A DNA stretch of 64,000 bases, from contig CAVZQC010000001.1 of NCBI GenBank assembly GCA_963777315.1, forward strand, positions 64,001 through 128,000. The letters are read 5' to 3'. A program made the position numbers and the translations under genes. Under the pieces are notes generated by a model. It was not told the origin of the DNA and searched no databases. It saw only the letters and a program-made list of their open reading frames with translations. Shown one piece after another: positions 20,881 through 29,765 of the stretch (positions are counted from its first letter, which is position 1; each line of letters starts with the position of its first letter). This stretch comes from Vulcanimicrobiota bacterium. Lineage in GTDB: Bacteria > Vulcanimicrobiota > Vulcanimicrobiia > Vulcanimicrobiales > Vulcanimicrobiaceae.

Positions 20881-22405
20881 CTACGCAGACCCTTGCAGTG
20901 CGTGCACGCCGCCGCCCAACGGAAACCGCCCAACCGTTGGATACCGGCCGAAGAGTACGTCGGAGAGGCCTTCCATGCTGGGCGCGTCGTCGCCGTACGT
21001 GCAGAGCACGGCCCTTGCCGCGGGAAATGCGAGCGCGTCGTACGGTTCGCGCACCGAAACGAGCATCGCGTCCGGAAACGCCTGCAGCAATCGTTCGACT
21101 GCGGCCGACTGTTTGGCGTAGATGTGCGCGCGCCGCATCAGCACGATGGGCCGCTTTCCCAGGCCGCGAATTCGAGCGATGGCCGCTTGCACTTGCGCGA
21201 GCTGGGGCTCGAGAGCAAGCGTGAACTGCGCGAGCGCAGCCGGCGCCTGCAGTCGGACATGGTCGGTATGCGCACCCTGCACGCCTTCGATCGTCGCTCC
21301 TTCGAAGCTGACCACGACGCTGCGCGCCGGATCGAGGCGCGCTTGTCCCCGCAGCACCGTTACGGCTCGCCGGCCGATCTCGCGTCCGATCCCGGGATGG
21401 GGCGCGTCTGCCTCCAGGGCCAGCGGACTTTGCAGACTCGCACGCAGAGCGGTAACGCGCTCGAAAGCTTCTTGCAGACGGACCCGCGGGAGATGGCCGC
21501 CCTGCACCGCCGCTTCGATCAGATCGATGCTCTGAGCCGCGATGTCCAAACTGCGGCTCACGAGCACGCAGTCCGCTCCGGCTCGCAGCGCCTGTACGGC
21601 GGCAAGAGCCGAGCCGATGCCCTTTGCGATTGCATCCATCTGCACGCAATCGGTAAAGCACACTCCGCGAAAACCCAATTCGTCCCGGAGCAGCTGGGTC
21701 AAAATACGCGGCGACGTCGTCGCGGGCCGCTCACGATCGAGCGCTGAAACGACGACGTGCGCGGTCATGATCGCTTCCGCCGAGGGCAACAGACCGGCGT
21801 AAGGCGCCAAATCTCGCGCGCGCAGTACGGCCGCATCGAGATCGATCACGGGCAAATCGACGTGCGAATCGATCGCGGTCGAACCGTGGCCGGGAAAATG
21901 CTTGAACGTCGGGACGACGCCTTGCGAACGCAGCCCGCCGGCGAACGCTCCGGCAAACTCTTGCACGCGCGAGGGATCGTCGCCGAAGGAACGCGCGCCG
22001 ATGACGGTGTTCGCCGGGAAAATCGCAAGGTCGAGCACCGGTGCGAAATCCACGTTGACCCCCGCCCGGCGCAGATCGAAGCCCATCCGTTCCCCCGCGC
22101 GGCGCGCCAGCGAGCTGATCGCCGGTTGCGGAAACCGCGAGCATTGCGGGGATCTCTTCAACGCCCTCGCGCAAACGCGCTACCCGGCCGCCCTCCTGAT
22201 CGATCGCGATAATCGGATTCGCGTACAGCGTGCGAATGCGGTCGGTCAAACGCCGCGTTTGCGCGAGCGACTCGACGTTTCGCCCGAACAAGATCAGCCC
22301 GGCAAGCGGCATTTCACGCAAACGGCGCTCGAGAGATTCGCCGATTGCCGTGCCGTCAAAACCGACGCACAGCACGCCGGCGGCCAGCGCGCGAACGCCG
22401 GTCAC
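20881..22405 (-). pseudogene. nagZ: GH3 beta-N-acetylhexosaminidase NagZ split by a +1 frameshift at about 22111-22114 (probably an intact gene with an assembly artefact)
   Basis: The 5' frame has ILFGRN and IAIDQEGGRV. The 3' frame has FAPVLD, RSFG, KHFPGHG..IDSH and FTDC..M. Removing one base gives SATGDQLLARRAGERMG. Confidence 0.85.
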
Positions 22406-23361
22406 GATAGGGCCGTTCCCGTACGCCGATCGAATTTGCGAACGTAACGCGCGTCGAAAGCGACGGCGGTTCGAGCGCCGGGAGCCGGCAGCGGCTCTGA
22501 AGCGGGCGCCCGCGCCAGCAGATCGCCGCGTTCGGTGCGCACGCGCACGAAGACATCGGCACCCGTCGATTCGCTGCCCGTCACGACGCCGTGCAGCGAT
22601 CCGGTATCGTCTATTCGCACGCGCTCGGGCCGAATACCGAGAATTTCGCTCTCATGCTCGAGCAAGTTCATCGGCGGCGATCCGAAAAACCTGGCGATCT
22701 GTACGCTGGCCGGGCGATCGTAGACCTCTTGCGGCGCGCCGCACTGTACGATGCGTCCCTGCATCATGATCGCCAAGCGGTCGCCAATCGACAGCGCTTC
22801 GACGTGATCGTGTGTCACGTGAATGGCAGCTCCGCGGAAGGCGCTGCGGAATGCATTGAATCGCCGGCGCAGCTGCGCGCGCAGTTGCGGATCCAGATGC
22901 GCCAAAGGTTCGTCGAGCAGCAGCACTCGCGGTTCGCTCAGCACCGCTCGCGCCAGCGCGGCTCGCTGCCGTTCGCCTCCGGAAAGCCTGCCGGGACGCG
23001 CGTCGAGATGCGCCGCGATGTCCAACGCTGCGGCGATCTCACGCACGCGGCCGTCAATGCGGGCGGCGGGCGCCCGTCGCACTCGCAGCGCGAACGACAA
23101 ATTGTCGTATAGCGTCATGTGCGGGAAGAGCGAGTCGTCTTGAAAGACCACCGCGACGCGCCGGCGCTGCGGTGCAACATGCAGCAGATCGCACCCGTCG
23201 AGCTGTAGCGTGCCGGCATCGGCCTTTTCCAACCCGGCAATGACCCGCAGCAAGCTGGTCTTGCCGGCGCCGCTGGGGCCGAGCACGACAAGCGTTTCGT
23301 TGTCGGCCACGCTGAGCGAAACGCCGGCCAGACGGTGCCCCTTGTGCAGGGCGTCCGCCAC
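22402..23361 (-). CDS. ABC transporter ATP-binding protein (MalK/MsmX-like)
   Basis: GPSGAGKT, LSGGERQR, LLLDEP, VTHD, FFGSPPMN and a C-terminal GIRPE/TOBE-like region. GTG start is approximate. Confidence 0.9.
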   Translation of the reverse strand: MADALHKGHRLAGVSLSVADNETLVVLGPSGAGKTSLLRVIAGLEKADAGTLQLDGCDLLHVAPQRRRVAVVFQDDSLFPHMTLYDNLSFALRVRRAPAARIDGRVREIAAALDIAAHLDARPGRLSGGERQRAALARAVLSEPRVLLLDEPLAHLDPQLRAQLRRRFNAFRSAFRGAAIHVTHDHVEALSIGDRLAIMMQGRIVQCGAPQEVYDRPASVQIARFFGSPPMNLLEHESEILGIRPERVRIDDTGSLHGVVTGSESTGADVFVRVRTERGDLLARAPASEPLPAPGARTAVAFDARYVRKFDRRTGTALS

Positions 23362-23377
23362 CAGCGCAGCTGCGCCG

Positions 23378-23728
23378 TTATTTGATGCGGATGATTTGAG
23401 CGACGAGGTGCCCCTCGCTTCGGCTGACGTCGACGGTGACGTGCATGCCTTTGCCCAGGTCGGCGAACGAAGCGAATCCTGAGCCACGAAAGACGCTCGT
23501 CGTGGGCGTTACCGCGACCGGCACGGAACCCCGCGCCGTTTTAACCACAATGCTGGCCATGCCGTAGTTGACTGCCACGACGGTGCCCGCGATGACGCCG
23601 TCGGCCTGGGCACGACCCTGCGCGTGGCCATGGTGGCCGGGCGGCGGATCGGCAAATGCCAAGGCCGCGCTCGCGGCCGCCAGGACCGCGGCGAGCATTG
23701 CCGTCTTGAGTGTTCGAAGTACAGCCAT
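23378..23728 (-). CDS. Secreted hypothetical protein (OB-fold/DUF5666-like)
   Basis: Signal peptide; pattern G.VVAVN...IVVKT...V.VTPTT...FADL.KG.HV.V. Confidence 0.6.
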   Translation of the reverse strand: MAVLRTLKTAMLAAVLAAASAALAFADPPPGHHGHAQGRAQADGVIAGTVVAVNYGMASIVVKTARGSVPVAVTPTTSVFRGSGFASFADLGKGMHVTVDVSRSEGHLVAQIIRIK

Positions 23729-23863
23729 GTCGTTAGAGTCAACGTGAATGTCCGGCTCGGCCGTTCCATTCGCCGCCAAAGGGCCTTCTCCATCGCCCAC
23801 TTCTGCGTCCTCGGCCGCGTACTGCCCTTGCGGCGCACAGGCTGCGCAAGAGACAGCGTGCGA

Positions 23864-24163
23864 TCATTGCAGCTCCCTATGGTATTCCTCGAGGGCGGTT
23901 TCCCGCTCGGCGCCGTTGGCTCGAGCTCGCTCTGCGAGCGATCGCAGACGAACGACGCTCGAATCGTCGGCGGATTTTCCCGCCATCACCAGACGCAGCG
24001 CGAACAGCGTAAGGTCGGGCGTTCGCGGGCCGAGCAGTTCAATGCCTTGGTAAAAAGGCGCGCAGCCCGGTACGGCCGAGCGCCGGTGCAACAGTTCGTC
24101 GATCACCTTGGCCTTCGAAGGTACGCCGTCGAGAAGATAGCGGTCCAATAAATCGAATTCCAT
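23864..24163 (-). CDS. Hypothetical protein (99 aa)
   Basis: MEFDLLDRYLLDG... with protein-like composition; fills the intergenic gap. Confidence 0.5.
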   Translation of the reverse strand: MEFDLLDRYLLDGVPSKAKVIDELLHRRSAVPGCAPFYQGIELLGPRTPDLTLFALRLVMAGKSADDSSVVRLRSLAERARANGAERETALEEYHRELQ

Positions 24164-24166
24164 GCT

Positions 24167-25648
24167 ATGAAGTTCGCCGTACGGGTTGCCTTGCTCTGCG
24201 TCTTCGGCGTGCTCCCGCTGGGGGCCGTCCCGGCGCCTTCGCTGTCCGCGGTTTTGACGCACATGCGCGCAGTGGACGGCGGACTGTACGGCGCCCATAT
24301 CGCGAGCACGACGCCGCGCGTAGTCGACGGCGAGCAAACTTTGCTGCGCGTCGACGTCCAAGGCTTGCGTTTCGTGCTCGAGCAATGCACCGGCGCGGTG
24401 TGCTTGGGGACGTACTTCGACGGGGAGCGGTTGTACTCGGTCAACATCAATGGCACCGCGCTGCCGCGCTCGCCGGCGCCCGAAGCGTATCTGCGCGCCT
24501 TGCGAATCGTCGGCACGCTGCAATTTCTCTCACCTGATTTTACCGCCGGCGGCGGCATCATCGACGACGGAGGCTGGACCAGCTTCAACGGACGCAAATG
24601 CAGGCGGGTCATCGTTTCCGACGATATCGCAACGCCGATGATCGTGTACGTCGATCCGCAAACTTGGCTAGTGGCCGGCGCGCAAGACGTCGACGGGAAC
24701 GCGACGTACGTGATGCGCGACTATCGCAAAGTCGGACGGTTCCAACTGCCGTTCGAGATCGACCGCAACGGTACGCCGCTCGAAAGCTATGAAACGCGCT
24801 CCGTCGCGCAAGGAGCGCTCGAAGAGCCGCACGGCATCGGCGCCGCGCGCAGTTCCGCGCCCGCCGCGGTGGCGTTGGACCCTCACAGTACGACGCCGCT
24901 GGCATCCTGCACCATCGCCGGCGTGAGCGCGCGTTGCCTGATCGATTCGGGAAACTCCGCGATGTCGATGAGTTTGGAATTGGCCGAGCAGCTCGGTTTA
25001 AAACCCGTCGGCATGCTGCGCGTGGCCGGCTTGGGAGATTATGCTACCGAGGTGGTGCGCGCGGGGCCGCTTGAAATGGGCAACGTACGCTTCGGCGACG
25101 CGGACTACATCGTCCTGAGCGATATCCATCGCTACGGCTACGACGTTGTCGTCGGTGCCGACGTCTTGGCGAGCATGCCCGTAACGATCGATTACACGCA
25201 CCATCAGCTGTTCTTCGGGGCCGGTAACGGCTCGGCGCATCCGCTCGAGCCGTCGCCCATCGGCACGACGGTTGCGCTGGATTTTGAAAACTTCGTTCCC
25301 GTCGTCAACGTGGCCCTGAACGATAGCCTCACTTCACTGGCGATCGACACGGGCGATCAGTCCAATATCAACCTGGCCTACCGCTATTACCAGCACCATC
25401 CCGATCTGTTCAAAGCGACCAAAATGGAAAGCGTCGGTGGAGTGGGCGGCAACAGCGTCGAGCTGCTCGGCGAGATCGCTTCGGTCCGCATCGGGACGTT
25501 AACGGCGCAGAACCAGCAAATCGGCACCACGAAGACCCTCAAAGGCACTGCAGACGGGCATCTGGGAGCGGGCTTTCTTTCGCAGTATCGCGTCGAACTG
25601 GACTACGCCCACGAGCGCATGCGCCTGTATCCCGCTAAACCATACTAG
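24167..25648 (+). CDS. Secreted aspartyl protease with two retropepsin-like domains
   Basis: Signal peptide; CLIDSGNS...VVGAD.L and LAIDTGDQ...GHLGAGFL. Confidence 0.8.
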   Translation: MKFAVRVALLCVFGVLPLGAVPAPSLSAVLTHMRAVDGGLYGAHIASTTPRVVDGEQTLLRVDVQGLRFVLEQCTGAVCLGTYFDGERLYSVNINGTALPRSPAPEAYLRALRIVGTLQFLSPDFTAGGGIIDDGGWTSFNGRKCRRVIVSDDIATPMIVYVDPQTWLVAGAQDVDGNATYVMRDYRKVGRFQLPFEIDRNGTPLESYETRSVAQGALEEPHGIGAARSSAPAAVALDPHSTTPLASCTIAGVSARCLIDSGNSAMSMSLELAEQLGLKPVGMLRVAGLGDYATEVVRAGPLEMGNVRFGDADYIVLSDIHRYGYDVVVGADVLASMPVTIDYTHHQLFFGAGNGSAHPLEPSPIGTTVALDFENFVPVVNVALNDSLTSLAIDTGDQSNINLAYRYYQHHPDLFKATKMESVGGVGGNSVELLGEIASVRIGTLTAQNQQIGTTKTLKGTADGHLGAGFLSQYRVELDYAHERMRLYPAKPY

Positions 25649-25757
25649 GGAACCTCGTGTCCGTACGCGCAAAGCGGGCGGAGGAAACGCCTGCCTGTGG
25701 GATAACGCCCCTTCACCCGGCACTTGCCGGCAGCCACTTGTAGAAGGAGGCCTTATC

Positions 25758-26318
25758 ATGTTTTCCTGGTCCAAAGTTTTTGGGTCCGCGCTGGCGTGCG
25801 CGGCATTGATCGCCCCAAGCGCCGCCATCGCCCAGGTGGAGTCCACGCCGGTTCCGATTGGGGGCCGCCCGAACTTTTCCACGCAGCAGTTTTTGGTCGG
25901 TACGTGGTCTTGCAGCACGAAAAGCTCGCGGCGTCCGTCAGCCTATGCATCTACGTTGACGTACGCTATGGATCCGAGCGGCTGGTGGATGAACCAAAAA
26001 ACGGTCACTCCGGGCATGAAGTGGTTCCCGCGCGCGACCACGACGTACGACAAGGTCACGTACGACTCCATGGCCAAGCGCTGGGCCGACGTAACGTACG
26101 GTGATTTGGGCGCGTACGGCTTAGCAACCTCGCCCGGTCCAAACGGCAACACATGGGTTTGGCACGCCGAAGGCTTCGTGCCGGGAGGCGGCATCAAATC
26201 GCAGTCCGACGTCACGTTCACCAAGATCAGCCCCACGAAAACCGTTTCCACATCGTGGTTCACGGAAAACAGCGGGCGTAAGGTCAACGTCGCCACCACC
26301 TGTAACAAACACACCTAG
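25758..26318 (+). CDS. Secreted hypothetical protein (lipocalin-like beta-barrel pattern)
   Basis: AAGGAGG RBS, signal peptide, FLVGTWSC and a C-terminal Cys. Confidence 0.7.
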   Translation: MFSWSKVFGSALACAALIAPSAAIAQVESTPVPIGGRPNFSTQQFLVGTWSCSTKSSRRPSAYASTLTYAMDPSGWWMNQKTVTPGMKWFPRATTTYDKVTYDSMAKRWADVTYGDLGAYGLATSPGPNGNTWVWHAEGFVPGGGIKSQSDVTFTKISPTKTVSTSWFTENSGRKVNVATTCNKHT

Positions 26319-26437
26319 CGGCGGTCAAACTCGCTCCCGGCGTACGTGCCGATCATCTCGTGCCACCGGCGCCGGGAGCTCGGTCGAGCGGGCTACGCAA
26401 CAGGGCTCGTTACTGCGGGCTGCGTAGTGAGCGGATC

Positions 26438-26779
26438 ATGTCTGATTTGGCCCAGCGTGAATGCGTGCCGTGCAAAGGCGGCGTTCCTCCACTCGACCGC
26501 GAGCAGTGCGAGGCGCTCTTGCAACGTTTGGGAGCGCAATGGAGCCTGCGCCGGAACGCGCACGACTATTTGGAAAAGACGTATGAGTTCCGCGACTTTC
26601 GACAAGCGCTCGCGTTCGTCAATCGCGTGGGCGCTCTGGCCGAAGCAGTGGGCCATCATCCGGACGTCTATTTAGCGTGGGGCCGCGTACGGCTGCAGAT
26701 TTGGACGCACAAGATTTCCGGGCTGGCTGAAAGCGACTTCGTCTTCGCCGCCAAGTGCGATCTCGAGCGCGATACGTGA
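26438..26779 (+). CDS. Pterin-4-alpha-carbinolamine dehydratase
   Basis: CVPCKGG..PL, AEAVGHHPD, IWTHKI.GL.ESDF.FAAK. Confidence 0.92.
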   Translation: MSDLAQRECVPCKGGVPPLDREQCEALLQRLGAQWSLRRNAHDYLEKTYEFRDFRQALAFVNRVGALAEAVGHHPDVYLAWGRVRLQIWTHKISGLAESDFVFAAKCDLERDT

Positions 26780-27342
26780 AGTTGTCTGCGCGACAGGCTG
26801 CAGTCGCGGCCTGTCTGCTCGGCGCCTGGCCGTGTGCCGCGGGAGCCGACGTCCTTTCGATCCAGGGTTTGAAACCATGTACGGTGGTCGCAGTGCAGAT
26901 GATCGACAACGTCGATTCGTCCAGCGCGCAGCCGGGTGACTTCTTTCGCTTCGAGACGGTCAACGCGGTAACGGTCGCAAAGCGGATCGTCATTCCGGCG
27001 CGCACGATCGGCTACGGCATCGTCGCGGTTGCTTCATCGGCAGGCCGAGCCGGTCGTCCGGGGACGCTCGTGCTGGAACCTCGGTACCTCGATATGCCTG
27101 GTCACGAACATCTGGGCGTCGTGCTCGATCACGACGCGAGCGATCTCGAAAAGAACGGGAAAACCGGAAACATGCCCGGTTATCTGGGAGCCATTCCGGT
27201 GCCTGCGTTGGGCGCAGCGATCGGCATCTTCAACTATTTTCACCACGGCCAGAACATACTGGTGAAAAAAGGCACGATGTTTTCGATCTTTCCGGCCGAG
27301 GGTCCGCAAACCGAGCGCTGCCAGCAGGATCCGGATCTGTAG
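26776..27342 (+). CDS. Secreted hypothetical protein
   Basis: GTG start overlaps the upstream stop. Signal peptide; beta-rich VDSSSAQPGD.F.F..IP....GIV..A..AGR.G.L pattern. Confidence 0.6.
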   Translation: MKLSARQAAVAACLLGAWPCAAGADVLSIQGLKPCTVVAVQMIDNVDSSSAQPGDFFRFETVNAVTVAKRIVIPARTIGYGIVAVASSAGRAGRPGTLVLEPRYLDMPGHEHLGVVLDHDASDLEKNGKTGNMPGYLGAIPVPALGAAIGIFNYFHHGQNILVKKGTMFSIFPAEGPQTERCQQDPDL

Positions 27343-27351
27343 CTGCGGCAG

Positions 27352-29731
27352 CTACCGTTCGAACAGCGAACCGCCAATCGACTGACGGAACATGAACCGC
27401 ACGATGCGCGGCCCGATCGCGCCCGCATTCACGGGAGCGTACGCGCCGTTCGCCAGCGCGACCGGCAGCCCGGCAAAGCCGATCGGGAGCGCGTCTGCGT
27501 ACGCGCCGGTCAAGTTCTGCACTGAGAGCTGCAGTTTCGAGGCGTTGTTGAGCGAGAGTTCGAGGTTGGCATTGAGCTGCGCGAACGCGGGGCGCGCGTA
27601 CGGATTGTTTGCACCGAAATACAACGCGCCCAGCGACGTGCGCGAACCCCGCGGCCATTTGTAGCTCGAGCTCGGCATACCCTTGAGCGTACGGCACGCG
27701 CATGGGCGCGATGTCGTTCGCGCCGGGAACGAACGGCGAGCCTCCATTGACGTTCAAGCCGGGCGTGACGGCCAGATTCGTGCTCAGCGGATCCGACGCG
27801 CTGCCGTAAAAACCGGGCGGCACCGAGTCGACGTAGGTGCGCAGCAGCGACGCTTGCGCGATAAAGCCCAAGCCGACGCGCTTGAATTGCTGCACCGAGA
27901 ATTCGACGCCTTCATGCGTCATCGGCGGCGCATTTGCCCAGCGATACTGCCATACCGGACCTTGCGCGCTCGCGCTGTCGACGTACGCGCCGTGGACCGT
28001 CGTGCGATACACGTCGACGGACAGAGTCGACGTGCCGCCGTGCAAGCGATACTCCAAGCCCGCGTCATAGCCGAGCGATGTTTCGGGCGCGATGCCGGGA
28101 TTGGGCGCCTGCGCAACCACTCGCGCCGGCAACCCGACCGGCGTTTGCGCGGCAATCACATTGGACTGCGCTGCGGTAATCGCCGCCGGCGCAGCAGCGG
28201 CTCCGGTACCGGCGGAAACGCGCAGCGTTACGTCGGACCGCGGATGAAACGCAGCACCTGCACGCACGACGGGCGTAAAGGACGGCAACCACAAACCCGC
28301 TGCCGCCACCAGCAAGTCCGTCAAGGCGCCGACGCGCATTTGAGCGGAGGCGCGAAGCATCGCGGCGTTCGTATGCGCGCCTTGTGAAATGAACGGTTCT
28401 ACGAGCGTGTATCCATTGTGGTCGGAAAACTGCACCTGATACAGATTTCCTGCAACTTGACGGTCGTCTTGCAGCGAAAATCCGATCAGATCGTCGAGCG
28501 CGGACAGCCCGCTCCCGATGCCGGGAAACACGAACGGATCGAACGATCCGGTTCGCTGCAAGCGCATGCGGTATGCTTTGGCGGTGAGGTGATCGGCGCC
28601 CGCATCGGCGTGCAGCTCGAGCGAATACAAGCCCAGCCGATGCGTTTCTTGCGCGTCCGCCGAGTTTGCGAACGACGCGAACAGCGGACCATCGGAAAAT
28701 CCGCGCGCGACCGCCGTGCCGAGCGTGCCTTGGGAGCCCAGATACGTTACCGTCCCGCTCGCGGCAGGCGAGAATTGATAATGCGCCTTGAGCAGCTGCG
28801 CGCGCTGCAGCGCGGCTCCGGCCGCATCGACGTGCGGCACCGGGCCGGGGTTGCCGTCGATCGAAAGCATCGTAGCAAAGGAAAAACGGCCTCCCGGCGC
28901 CGTTCCGCCGTACGCCAGATCGGTGAACTGGCCGCCGCGGTCGTCGCCTTCTACTTCCAACAGTGCCTTGCGCGCAATGCCCGGTTCGGCCGTGCGCAAA
29001 TTGAGTGCTCCATCGATACCGTTCGCGATCGTCGTCTCCGCGCTTCCGTAACCCTTGACGACCTCGACGTCCTGTAACACGAACGACGGCACGTACGCCA
29101 GATCGAAGCTTCCGCTGCTGGGCAGCACGATGGGATTGCCGTCGATGAGCGTGGCGGTCTCCCAGGGCAGTCCGCCTCGAATCGTTCCGCTATATGGGCC
29201 CAACGGCTGGTCCGCGTTCAGCGAAGACGAACGCGCGACGATTGCGCCCGGCGTTTGATCCAGCACCGAGGCTAAAGCAGCTTGTCCCTGATCGCGATAC
29301 GCTTCGCGCGGAAACACCTTGAGGGCCGCGGGCGTGGTATTGAAGGGCAACCGTTCGCGCGCAACCACCGATCCGATGACCTTCAGGGACGCCGGTACGG
29401 GATCCATGGTCAGGTGCGCCAGCATCGCTCCGGCGCGGTCCGTGCGAACATCGCGCACGACCAGTGGCTCGTACTCTTGGCGGCTCAAATGCAGCACGTA
29501 CGCGCCTGCCGGAATGCGGCGAAAAACAAACCGGCCGCCCGCATCCGTGCTGCGCTCGACGTGAACGGGGCCGTCCAGAATCACGCGAACGCCGCCCAGC
29601 GGCGCGCCCGACCGTTCGTACACTCTTCCGGCGATCGTTGATTCGGCAGCGTTCACAGGTTGCGTTAAGGTAAGCGTGATACTGCCCACCAAGAACATAA
29701 CTCCCACGGCACTTCGAAGGAAGAACGACAT
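27352..29731 (-). pseudogene. TonB-dependent receptor with a carboxypeptidase-regulatory-like N-domain and a +1 frameshift at about 27667-27670 (probably an intact gene with an assembly artefact)
   Basis: TIAGRV..GAPLGGV, plug (VLDQTPG, IRGG..WETATLIDG, VEVVKG, GALN), PETSLGYD. The C-terminal strands continue in the 27352..27747 frame. Start is uncertain (29731 or 29698). Confidence 0.8.
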
Positions 29732-29765
29732 CGCGCTCACGCGACATATAGTACGGCTTGCGCTC

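Noticed and set aside
25649..25757. Possible c-di-AMP or c-di-GMP riboswitch upstream of the 25758 gene
   Set aside because: Only short resemblances (GGAGGAA, GGGATAA, GCAAA). The conserved core motifs and pairings could not be found. An Rfam/Infernal scan would be decisive.
15600..27680. Programmed ribosomal frameshifting or phase variation at the three split genes
   Set aside because: There are no slippery heptamers, homopolymers or tandem repeats at the junctions. The shared CTCG Leu-codon context is better explained by a consensus error.
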